Assembly: GCA_030390025.1 (NCBI GenBank)
Contig: CM059432.1
Location: 42,038,001-42,102,000 of the forward strand
Source of the DNA: Squalus acanthias
Lineage: Eukaryota
DNA length: 64,000 bases
Direction: 5' to 3'
Shown here: positions 37,835-49,660 of the stretch, piece after piece
How the letters are laid out: each line of letters starts with the position of its first letter
Position numbering within the stretch: the first letter of the stretch is position 1
Translations under genes and position numbers: made by a program
The notes under the pieces: model-generated
The model's input: the letters and a program-made list of their open reading frames with translations, nothing else
The model's database searches: none
Told to the model about the DNA's origin: nothing

Positions 37835-38333
37835 TCTCCTGTCTGCCCTGGGATATCTGAAAGTATTGTTTCGTGTTTTCTCTATCAAGTTAAGTGTTTT
37901 ACAAATCTCTATAAGGTCCCTCTGAGAAGCCTCTTGTCGTGACTTAAGAACACAATTTTCTGAAATTATTTCTCACGTCACTTCCATCTGACACTGGGGG
38001 CCTAGTTGTTCTCATTAAGGGTCAGAGAAAATTTTCAGAAGTTTATTTTGTAGAAAGTTTTATCTGTAGTTAACTCACTTCCTTCAGGAAAGTAAATAAT
38101 TTGGGCAGTGTCTCTGTTAGTGCAAATTGCACTTGGAATGTGGAATTAATGTACTTGATGGGCTGAATGGGTTTAAAGAAGCATGGAACAAGGCAATGTC
38201 ATTCATCTCATTAAACTGATTCTTGTCCAAAACAATGCATAATCTATTCTATCATAGATTCCACCTGTCTAATTTCAGAAGGAAAGTTTACAAAGATTTT
38301 CCCTGTCCCCTAAGGTAAATGACGTCAAACTAT

Positions 38334-38569
38334 GGAGGTGAATTTCCGCGGGAGTTCTCCCGCTCATCCCTGTAACTGCAGCAGAAAAGCTACGGAAACT
38401 CTGGAAAAACATTGTAAATGCTGTTTGTGCCATTTTCCCAGTGTTTCTGCACTCTTCTGCTGATGAATTAAAACCCCCTGTAGAATAATGGTGTTTTATG
38501 GAATTTCCATGTGTCTGCAACCGAAGTTACAGCGGATAAGCAGGAGACCAGCCCAAGGAAATTCACTCC
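38334..38569. mobile_element. Small MITE
   Basis: Inverted ends ggaggtgaatttcc / ggaaattcactcc and ctgtaact/agttacag. Confidence 0.6.
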
Positions 38570-40087
38570 TGTTGTCTTCCTTTACATGAAATGGCCCAAA
38601 CAACTCTTGTGTCATCATGCTTTGCAGAGCATTCGAGTATCTCTGTCTATACTTATCCTTATAACCGTCAATCCCATTCTAAAGCAAATATTTATCTGAT
38701 TCATTAACACAGCAATAACTGCTTTATCTAGAAATCTATTTCACATGTGTATGACAGTGTGGGGAACAAAGATCTTCTAATTTCAAATCTTGCTTCAAGT
38801 TTATTAATTTTGTACTCATGTCCTTTGCTCTGTACTCACAGTCTCAGTTGGATCATCTCTTTTCACGATCTTCATTTCCCAAATGAAAACAAATTCAATT
38901 CAATTCTGTGAGGTTCTGTTGATAACTTAGAGCACTAATGACTGGAATTATGCCTGTTGCTCTTCTCTGAACCCTTGTAGATGTATTAATGTCTTTTTGA
39001 AGTTAGGATGCCCAAATTGCATACAATATTCCAAATATGACTTTACCAATTATCGATGTAGGTTCAGAGCAACTTGTTTCGACTTATAGTTAAATGACTT
39101 TAAGATACATCCTAATACATAATTAGTTTTGGCTTATCTCATTCCATATTTTCTTATACTCTTATCTCTACAAATAAATAATCTGTCTTTTTGCCAAAGT
39201 ACGCCAAAGCAACAAGGTACTCTAATATTTTGATGTCCAACAACAATAATTAGCAAAAGAGGCCCCTTTGCAAATTTATATGTTCTGTTATTTCATTATC
39301 AAAGTCATTTATGAAAATAAAGCATTTAAAATAAGTTGTATTTTATTAGGCATTTAGGTTTACAGTATATGTCACTGCTAAATAATATTTTACCACATTT
39401 CTATAATATTCAAACTGATAAATAGCAGCATGACAATTGTAATGTGTAAATAGAGTGTACATCTGGGGCAAGTACCTAAAACCATAACAGCTGCACCTCA
39501 TCAAAAGGGGAATATGATTTCAGACCAATAATACTGGCTCTACTAAAATTAATTTTTTGAGGGCACATAATCGTTAATCATCACATAATTTGAGGATCAT
39601 CACATCACTGCATTAGGTACCATAGAGCTTGCAAGTTAGCACCCAAGCCAGTTTAGATTTATACTGCAGCTGGTTTCAACACAAAACAAAACAACAACAA
39701 AAAACAATAAGGCAATGCTGGTTTCATTCATTCCAGTTTGTCCTATATTTGTGAGGGTTAAACTGTACTCTAGGGGCCGGTTCTTGGCAGAAGGACTGTA
39801 ATAAATTTTCTTTTGTGTATGTAGCCATTGAAATGCTAAGTGCACACATCAGATGCTACATATGTGCATGGGTAGACATACAAGGGATAATTTTACAAAT
39901 ATGTGCATAGCGGCATCACTATGAGAGGTAGCTGTCTTATTTTTGCCACTGCCTGTCATTCCCTGGTTGCAGAGTATCCCTTGCAGATAACCAGGGATTT
40001 ATATGGGAACAGACTTTTGGCCAACACTTAGGAAAGTGAAGCCCATCCTTAAGGGTTCTGTCAAACACCTCCAAGCTAGAAGTGAAA

Positions 40088-40975
40088 GGGGGAGAAATTT
40101 GGTATCGCCCCGTTTGGGGCGTAATTATCGGCTGGGCGTAAAGTTTAGCACCTGGCGCTAATTATCGCCTCTGACTGCAAACTTGACTTCTATCGCCCCT
40201 GGAGGTGATTGGAGCGCTAAATCAGGCGCTGCACACCTCTCTTAAGGCACTAACGCCGAGGAGCGAGGCGCTACCTCAGAGCGCTGGCGAAGCTCATGTG
40301 ATGTCAGTCAGCAATGGAACACAGACACACTGGCGCCGGCCAGTTCTTAAAGGGGAAGGTCGATCTTGCTTTCCATCCACACCCTGCTCATTGCAGCCTT
40401 GAATCTCGGCCTGGAGAGACCTGTACATCAAATCTGCTGGAAAGAACAATGGAAAGGCCCAGGGAAAGAGCTCAGAGTGCAGCCCTCATAGTCTCTTCTA
40501 AATCGATGCAAGAAATGTCAAATCAAAATGAACCTGCAAAGTACTGCTCGGTACCCAAAACTCTTTCACATAGCGTTGAATCTCTCCAGAAGTCTCTCTC
40601 TCTCTCAGAATGCGTGGTGCAAAAATGTCGCTGACAAAAAAAGGCAGGAAGCGGTCGCCTTTAAATAGTGCTTCCCAGTCCCTTCCCGACTGCAAAACGC
40701 TCCCCTCAACCTGTCGTTGCTAGCGGCAGGCGGTAAGGCAGGGGGCGCCACTCAATATCCGGTGCGGGGCGCAACCGGGCGTTGCACGCTTGACTGACGT
40801 CACGATCTGCGGGCGCAGGAGATCGTGGCAGTAGTGTTTAGCGCTGCCGCAAAATGTCTGGTCAATTTCGCAAGCGCCGCAAACATCACCGCGCCCAGGT
40901 GCTAGTTGCTTTGCGACCCATTAGCGCCCTCTTAGGGCGCTAATGGGGGGCGCAAAGCAACCGAATTTTCCCCCC
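40088..40975 (+). mobile_element. Non-autonomous Harbinger (family B), variant termini
   Basis: AAA TSD; colinear with 922-1814. Confidence 0.9.
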
Positions 40976-41457
40976 AAAGATTCCTGTAAATTGGAGTTCC
41001 ATCTCTCAATAGATGCAGTCACAGTGCCTTTGAGGGAAATGTGAAATCTACACTTTGTACGTATACACTTGGAGGTTCCTCTAAACATGTCTTTGGTGGT
41101 CTACAGGTTTCCCAATGCCTGCTATATTACTGCACAGATGTTGGTCTAGCACTTCCAACATAACATGCAGGGAGCTCTGAACATTTTCAAAGGAGTATAA
41201 GAAGTTCCTCTGCTCAGTAATGAGTTCCTCTCTATTGGCAGACTCCATAAGGTAAGAATCTGTAGGCCCTGCAGCAGAAGAAAATCTGGCCTGCCCTCTT
41301 TACGAACTTTTTCTGTTCCTCTGCAACTACCTCCACTTACTCCTCCTGACTTGTGCCATGCGCTTCACCATATGCTCCCTCCTAACCCTCTCTGTCTAAA
41401 TTCCCCTGAGGTGGATGTACCTGAGCTGGTTCAAAGATGATCAGGAGCATATGATCA

Positions 41458-41655
41458 CAGCATCTGTGGAGAGAGAAACAGAGTTAACGTTTCAGGTCAA
41501 TGACCCTTCGTCAGAACTGGGTCTGACGAAGGGTCATCGACCTGAAACGCTAACTCTGTTTCTCTCTCCACAGATGCTGCCTCACCTGCTGAGTATTTCC
41601 AGCATTTTCTGTTTTTATTTCAGATTTCCAGCATCCACAGTATTTTGCTTTTGTG
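41458..41655. mobile_element. Penelope-derived palindrome with hammerhead cores on both strands
   Basis: 58-bp arms 41458-41515 and 41522-41579 (2 mismatches); ctgacgaagggtcatcgacctgaaacg. Confidence 0.8.
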
Positions 41656-42029
41656 TTTGAGTTACTTATTTTTTCCTTTTTTTAAATTAAAAATCTTTCA
41701 ATCATATAGCAAAAACCAGTATGCATTATTGTTAGTGTAAAAATTCAAATGTTTCCAGGGGAGCATGCCTGGAACCTTGGAAATATATCCACATGTATCC
41801 TATCCACATTTCATATGCCCTTTTCTTATTATTACAGAAATGGCAGCGCAGCAGTGTGCCTCACCACAGCTCCCCGTGTCATCATCACTTGAAGCAGGCA
41901 GCAGTCCATAAAAGCATTTATAGCTTTCATAGATCTAGAAGAAGAAAAACAGAGGATGAATCACTTCACACAATGAGGAAGGAGCAGGTGTGCGGGCTGA
42001 TAAAGGGCTAGATGTTGAAAAATTAAGCA

Positions 42030-42515
42030 AACTGCATTAAATATTGGTTAGAAGGAAGAAACAGAGAGTAGAGGAGTTATGAGCGGTTGGAAATGGGTAG
42101 TACTGTCTCACGGGGATAGTTTCTGACCTTAATAGAATCATGTGTGCAGTATTGGGCTCCATACTATAGGAAGGATATTTAGGCTTCAGAGAAGGTTCAA
42201 TACAGATTCACTAGGATACTGTCTGGTTCGAGGAAATATAAATAGAAAAAATAATTTAAAAATTGGAGCTTTTTGTTAGAACAACACAGATTGATAGAAG
42301 TGTTTAAAATTATGAAAGGATGGGCCGGTGAAGATAGAATCAAATTATTTCCAGTACCTGAGAGGTCCAGAATAGGGGGACATATGAACCAGATGAAATG
42401 TAAGAGATTTAGAACAGAGGGTAAGTTACATTTCTTTACAAAGGGAGTTGTGAGGCTATGGAATTCATTTCCAGGATTAGTGATTGAGGCAGAAATTATG
42501 TCAACAATGTTAGAT
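42030..42515 (+). mobile_element. Old deleted CR1 fragment
   Basis: LIEVFKIMKG...HFFTKGVVRLWNS. Confidence 0.75.
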
Positions 42516-43335
42516 TACATTACAGTACTTTAGAATAAAGTACTTTTGGAGTGGAGTCACTGTTGTAATGTAGGAAACATGACAGCCAATTTGCACACAG
42601 CATGATCCTGCAAACAGCATTGTGATAATGACCAGATAATCTGTTTTAGTGATACAAAAGCAAAATACTGCGGATGCTGGAAATCTGAAAAAAAGGAGAA
42701 AATGCTGGAACTACTCAGCAGGTCAGGCAGCATCTGTGGAGAGAGAAACAGATTCTGGCGAACAGTTCTGACAAAGGGTCATCGACCTGAAACGTTGGCC
42801 GCGATTTAGCCGGTACTCAGAGGGCGGGTTTGGAGGTTGGTTCGGAGTGAAAATCTAAATGATTGACGGCGGGTTGCGAACCCGCCGCCATCCCGCCTCC
42901 ACGCAACTTTGCAAAGTGTCGGGTCTCCGAGTCCCGATCAGATCCGACACCAAACGGCGGGAGAGGCACTTAAGGCAGTTAACAGCTTGTTAACTGCCTA
43001 CATCATCCCATCTTTACAGGCTCTTCCCATTTCAGTACATTTTCAGTGTGTTGCACATCGTGCGCCAAACACGCCAGCTGATTGTGCCGGGTTCAGCAAT
43101 TACCCGAATTCTTGACAGCTGCACCTGCAGCATAGAAGTGGACCTGCAACATGGCTGACTTTCAGATGCCAGAACTTTGTGTTTTGAAGTTTTGGAACAC
43201 ATTTTGAAGGTCTATTGAGCTTGTAAGTGTTTAAGCTGAGATCCATATGCACTGTGACCTCCTTGGAAAACCCTCTCCCCACATTGACTGAGCGCTTATA
43301 ACACCTATTCCGTAACTGAGATATATACCAGCGGA

Positions 43336-44572
43336 ATGGGAACCATTTATACCCTCTCATCCTGGTCCTCAGAATCGGAGGAAGAGCAACCGTGACAGCA
43401 GCAGAACCAGGCACAACAGCAGCAGCAACAACAGGAGCGCCAACCTCCTCCTCACTCACCTGATGCTACACAGGACAGAGGGCATCAGCACAGGGCTGCA
43501 CCGTGCCGCAGGAGATACCCCCAACACAGGATTTACACGCCGAGGATGAGCTTCCTCAACATGAGTGAGCAGCAGTGCCAAAGGAGGCTGAGACTTCCGC
43601 GAGTGGTAGTCGCTGTCATCTACACAAGGCTGCACAACACCTGGAGCCCAGAGGTGCAGGTGGACACCCCTTACCAGTGGCTGTCAAAGTCACCACCACA
43701 CTCAATGTCTTTGCTTCAGTGTCCTTCCAGGGATCAGCAGCAGACATCAGCAGCATCTCCCAGTCGGCCTGCACACACTTGCATCACGCAGGTTACTGAT
43801 GCCCTCTTTGCAAAGTCGTACAATTACATCCACTTCTCCACGGATGAAGCAAGCGTAACCGTGCGTGTGGTTGGCTTTGCAATATGGCAGGCGTGCCAAG
43901 GGTGCAGGGCGTCGTAGACTGCACACATGTGGCCATTAGGGCACCCATCACAACCCAGCTGTATTTATCAATCGCAAGGGCTTCCACTCCCTTAACGTCT
44001 AGCTGGCGTGTAACCACAGGAAGAACATTATACATGTTTGCACCAAGTTCCCTGGCAGTTGCCATGACTCGTTCACCCTGCGGCACTCTACTGTGCCTCA
44101 GCTGTTCAATCTGCCAACCCAACTTTTCGGATGGCTACTTGGAGACAAGGGCTATCCCCTAGCGTGGCTAATGACACCGATGAGGAGACCATCAAATGAA
44201 GCTGAGGAGCGCTACAATATGAGCCACATTTCCACCAGAAGCATCATAGAGCAAACCATCGGCTTGCTCAAAGTGCGATTCAGATGCCATGACAGATCTG
44301 GTGGAACCCTACAGTACGCACCAGCCAGGGTCTCCAGAATCATTGTGGTCTGCTGTGCACTGCACAACATCGCACAGCAGCGTGGCTTACCGCTGCCTGA
44401 GGAACAAGTCGCTCAGCGCACAGCCTCCTCCTCCTCCTCCTCCTCCTCCTCAGAGGAGGAGGATGGAGATGAGGAAGACATTGCGGAGGCGCATGTGCCA
44501 GTTCCACCAGCACATGAGCACATTACTGGCCGTGAGGCAAGATATGCACTAATCCATGCCAGATTCGGATAA
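43336..44572 (+). pseudogene. Harbinger DDE transposase of H2, frameshifted
   Basis: [43 protein letters not shown] in shifting frames. Confidence 0.92.
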
Positions 44573-46500
44573 GTTTACGCAGAAAACACATGTGGCTTGC
44601 ACATGGAGATGTGTGTCTGACTGACCTTCTTAATACACCATACAGCATCTGTACAATAATGGCTTCAGCAGATGTTGAGGCAACTGGCTCACTTCCATGC
44701 TGTGCCTGCTTCGACGGGGATCCTTTGGGTTTGGGAGCCTGGGAGGGCTCGGCAACACTCTGCTCCTCCTGTGCCTGTGCAGGGGCTGAGATGGCCATCT
44801 CAGTTGGGTGAGGACTCTGGTGGGGCTCTGACCGAGGGCTCCGCAGTGGCATGGTCATGTGAGCACTTGGAGAGGAGTCTACACTTCCTGGTTGTCGACC
44901 ACCAACATCCCTCTCATGGGTCACCCGCACTTCACTGCTAGCAAGTAGCTGGAGAGCAGCTTGCTGCACATCAGTGGGGCCATGAGGACCCGTCTCTGTA
45001 CTGACAGTCCTCATAACGGGCACGTCCATGTACCTCTGGTTCCTCTCCTCAATAGATGCCCATCTATCTTCCATAGAAGACCATCTATTTAGAAGAGTCA
45101 CCATGTTCATTTGCATCTGACGATTTATGTCCTCCATGGAGGTTGCCATCCTTTCCATGGCAGCACCTACATTTGCCATTGTGTGCACCACGGCATTGCG
45201 CATGTTTGAGATGGACTCCTCCATTCTCTGCACACTCACAGTTACAGTGGTTGCAAAACCTGTCAGAGCCTCCTGCACTTTTTCCTGAAGTTCCAGCACC
45301 GCTCTATTTCTGGATGGCCCCAAAGGCACAGCGTCCACATGCAGCTGAGCAGAGCTAAGAGCGTCCCGCGCCCTCCGACGAGGACTCTCCACTGCTGTCC
45401 CTGTCTCCACCATCTGCTGATGTTCACTTGTGAGCTGTGATACACCTGGTGACAACACTAATCTATCTCGCGAATGACCCACCGAGGTGCGCGTCTCTGC
45501 GTTGGTGCTGGGTACGCTCAATTCTCCTGACACTGCACCCTCAGAGGTTGCAACTTCCTCTGAGGAGTCTTCCGGCTCTTCCTCCTGGACAGTGGGGAGG
45601 GGGGCTCTCGATGGTCCTGTGGGGGAGTAAAGGCATGAGTTAGACATGTGATATTAACGTAGCAGACACATCCCATTGTGCTCAATCTGTATGAACATCA
45701 GATGCCATATCAGTCACTCATGCAATCTAAATGAGAGGGCTGCAAATCTATTCTGTCACCAGCTTGCTCTACTGATCCCGTCTCTCCGTCCCCCACTTCC
45801 AGCTCCTCAGCACCTCCGACAATGTCGATAGTAGCCTCCTCAGTGGTAGTCAAGTGCGCCATGGAAGGTGGCCCTCCTCCTGTCTTCCCCCTCTCTCTCT
45901 TATTGTGGGCTCTTTTCCTGCAATGAGGGAGACAAGTGGAGTTTGAGTGAGAATGTTGGAGTGAGTGTAGAGAATCCGTAGCATAGATGCTTAGAGGGAG
46001 ACAAAGATGGAGTGAGGTGCCAATACCAAGGTCCCTCTCTGTGCGTTGTTAGTTGTTGCCACTGCATAACAGTGACAGCGAGTGTGAGGGGTGCATAGTA
46101 GAATGGTGGAGTGATTCTGTACATAGAGAGAGAGGGATGGTTAAGGGTGCAAGGGATGTAAGGGTAATTTGGGATGTGCAGGAGTAGGTTGACAATGCAA
46201 AGTGCTGGTGATGAGAGGAGATGGGGAGCAGATTGAAGATAAGTGTGATGTTATACTCACTTTTTCTGAGCGTAGCAGATCATTGAATCTTTTCCAGCAC
46301 TGAACCCAGGTGCGTGAGCACAAAGACCTGGCGCTCACCTCCTCAGCAATTTGTAGCCAGGCTGCCTTGGTTTGCTGAGGAGGCTTCCTCCGTCCATTTG
46401 AGGGGAACAGAACCTCTTTACGCCCTCTCACTCCCTCCACAGGAGCATGGAGGGTGTCATCATCGAATCTTGGAGAGGCCTTTGATCTTGAAGCTGTCAT
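44523..46500 (-). pseudogene. Harbinger Myb/SANT gene of H2 (exons 46500-46261, 45917-45760, 45616-~44523)
   Basis: Exon 1 is intact (AWLQIAEEVSARS..RTWVQCWKRFNDL|GTGAGT); exon 2 has an apparent 2-nt deletion; exon 3 is open for ~360 codons. Confidence 0.85.
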
Positions 46501-47273
46501 CTCGCTATCTGCCACTTTGAGAAGCATCAGAAAATGAATGAAAAATCACAAGGCTGCATGGGCCCCTTAAATGCAGCTGGATGGAAGGCGTCAGCAGAGG
46601 CGAGCAGCAGACCCAAACCCACTGATTGGGCCGGGCAACGCGCACGACGGGCTTAATAAGCCCAGTTAAGGGAAAATAGTTAATGCAGAGCGGATTAAAC
46701 CAGCAGCGGGACCGGTACCCGCCGACCAGCCAACCCGACTCCAACCCGCCGCCGATGGTAAAATCGCCGCCGTTAACTCTGTTTCTCTCTCCACAAATGC
46801 TGCCTGACCTGCTGAGTATTTCCTGCATTTATTTCTGTTTTAGTGATGTTGGTTGAGGGATAAATATTGGCTAGGACACAAGGGAGAACTCCTCTGCTCC
46901 CCTGCTCTTCTTTGAAATAATGCCATGGGATCTTTTACAACCACCTGAAAGGGCAGATGGCGCCTCAATTTAACATCTCATTGAAAGACAGGAACCCATC
47001 AGTACTGTACTGGATTGTCAGCGTGGATTATGCTCTCAAGTCTCTGGAGTGGGTCTATGAACCCACAACCTTTTGACTCAGAGGCGAGAGTGCTACCACT
47101 GAGCTACGACTGACACTTCATTGTAACCCCTTTGTATAGATACACCACCAGTTGACGGGGAGGGGAGAAGAATTTGGAAGGAATGTGTATCATTTTAAAT
47201 TTGCTGACTACACACCTGGCTATGGTCAATAAAGTTGGGTTTAAATCACCTATTAGTTGTTTTAAAGATCTTT

Positions 47274-48024
47274 GGGGGAGAAGTTCATTATAGCCCCCTT
47301 TGGGGCACTAACTTTTAAAAGTTGAGAAAATTAGCGCCAGGCGCTAATGTTTCCAAACTTTTGAAAAATTTGCTTTTGCGCTCCAAGAAGGAAGTGAAGC
47401 GTTAAATCAATCGCTCCACTTCCTTCTTGGAGCGCAATCGACAGCAGGCGGGGCGGAGAATTCAGCAGCGCTGCACACTGGGCCCGTGCAGCGCTGCCGC
47501 GTTCAAAGGCTCCTTCCCTCCCTTAAAAGGAAGGGCCATTGTTGCAGGCTCTGCAATATAAAAAGTACCTACCTGGACCACCAAGACAGCCGCAATCCCG
47601 CGCGATCAGCCCGGCACTCAAGCAGAGTGCCGGGCTGATCGATCGCGAGCAGGAACCTGCGAAAAAAACTGGAACAAGAAAGGTAAGTTTTTTTTTACTT
47701 ACCTCGGCCCCCTCGCCTTTAATCATCACCCCCGAAGTGGCCGGCCAACCGATGCACGCCTCCTGCAGCTGTCGGTGTTTTCGACTGGCGCTGCTGCAGG
47801 GGGCAGAAGTTAATTTTGGGTCCGGGGTGCTACCGGGGCGATGCGCACAGCGATGATGTCACGATCTCCGGGCGAAGGAGATCGGTGAACAATGCCGTAG
47901 CGCCGCCACAAAACTCCCACTGAATATGGCGGGAGCCGATGTCAGCGCCGCACCCGGCCGCAAAGCCATTTGCGTCCCCCCAGAAGCGCTAACAGAAGGC
48001 GCAAAGGCACTCAATTTCACACCC
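47274..48024 (+). mobile_element. Non-autonomous Harbinger (family O-like)
   Basis: GGGGGAGAAGTT...AATTTCACACCC with TTT TSD. Confidence 0.85.
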
Positions 48025-49660
48025 TTTAACTAAAACCTTTTCACCCAGTAATAGATTGCCTACTGGGAAAAATATTTAAAATGTAAAGAAAAATAGAAGT
48101 TGCTTTCAATAAAAATGAGTTCCTTCCTTCATAATGCCGGAAAATACACACGATAAATCTGAATTTTCTCGAAGACATGTCCCCCCCAGACCCTTGTCTT
48201 CAACATCTGTATCCCTGTTCAACCTTTTCATGCATTTCTGTTCTTGCCCCCAATACGAGTGAAGAAATGTTGAATATATCTACACCTTAAAGTAAAGCCC
48301 GTGTCCCACTGAAATTTCAATGTAATAATTTTTTTCATTTCATAGGATTATGTTGAGATATATCAGGTTTTTGTGGCTGTGTCAGCTTTTTTGAGATTTT
48401 TCGTCAGCTTTTGCTAGTTTTCTAGGTTAATATATATGACTAAGTGGCTTAAAAGTAATTTTGGGTGGCATTTTGATTTATTGGCACAACATGCAACAGT
48501 TATGTATGACTTTAGAAACAGTTTTAAGTGCAAAACATCAAATTCAACCTGTAGCATTGTGAACATGGAGACGCAGATGTGAAAAATGTGAATGGTTCTC
48601 CCAGTGCTTCCAATGCTCCTTTGCTGATGCTGCACCTTTTTGAGGGCACAGGATTGCAGCATGCATATTAGAGCATAGACTAAATTTGAGCTGTCCAGCT
48701 TTGGGAAATATTTCCTCATGTTTTCCAGTTACCTATGGATATAGGAGACAGCCCTCATTGTATCAGCCACCTCTTGTTGCGTTTCTATCTTCCTCTGAAC
48801 ATCCAAACTATGAACATAGAAGGAAACAGCTTTGGCCACCTTGTCCTTGCCAACCTGCCATAGACGCTCCTCATTGCAAAGAATGACTCTCATGATTCTC
48901 TTGCCCTTCTATTCATTGTGTCCCCTCACAGAAAACACGCATTCTAAATTATTATAATGAATTGGCCTCGCTGAATTCGGCAATTAGCATTTCTGCTGTG
49001 CATTCAAAAATAAGGCTTTTTTGTTGTTTGCTCCAAGAACAATATTAATTAATGAATATTCAGTGGTTTTCTACATTCCTTTACTTCTGTTGCATAATAC
49101 TCAGGATTAGTATCTTATGTGGTAGACAATATGTTGTGCATTTTGCATGTTAAAAATGTCTTTAAGTACTTAAAAGAGCTTTAGCAAAATGACCCAGAGG
49201 AGTTGGAGAGTGTTTAAAATTTAATACAAAGTTGCCTGCTTTACCGGCAGTGTCAGGAAGATTAATGAAGTAGTAGAAAGGGTATAATCAGTTATGATGA
49301 TGCTTGACCTGGAGGATAATCATGGTCATGTGATAGGTACTGCAGTATAATCATTTTTATTTTTTGCAACAGATAACAAGCCCATAGCCTGGAAATTACT
49401 TTAAGCAAGGAACGCTTAATACCTTTGTATCAAATTCCTCTCTCTGCTGTTTAATGGAGACATTAATAGACTAGTTAACACCTCTTTAAAACAGAGAAGA
49501 GACAAATTTGTATGAGTTTATTCCGGGTTTATAGGCTTGTATCCTGAGTGCATACTTGTAATGGAAGTTTTGTTTTACTGCAAACATAATAATACTTTGT
49601 TTTGCTACACCAAATTTCCCATGGATTTTCCTACCTTACCTCTCCTTTCTGGAAGATAGT

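Larger units (their letters stand above)
42797..46771 (+). mobile_element. Full-length (3975 bp) two-gene Harbinger H2, mildly decayed
   Basis: TIR GGCCGCGATTT / AAATCGCCGCC with GTT TSD; convergent transposase and Myb genes. Confidence 0.92.
42540..47117 (-). mobile_element. DeuSINE (SacSINE1-like) split by a Penelope insert (42654-46833) that is split by Harbinger H2
   Basis: SINE halves 42540-42653 and 46834-47117 rejoin; tctgttttagtgat is duplicated at 42640-42653 and 46834-46847. Confidence 0.8.

Noticed and set aside
43336..46500. Domesticated host genes HARBI1 or NAIF1
   Set aside because: Multiple frameshifted copies bounded by TIRs and TSDs are transposons, so no gene symbol was assigned.
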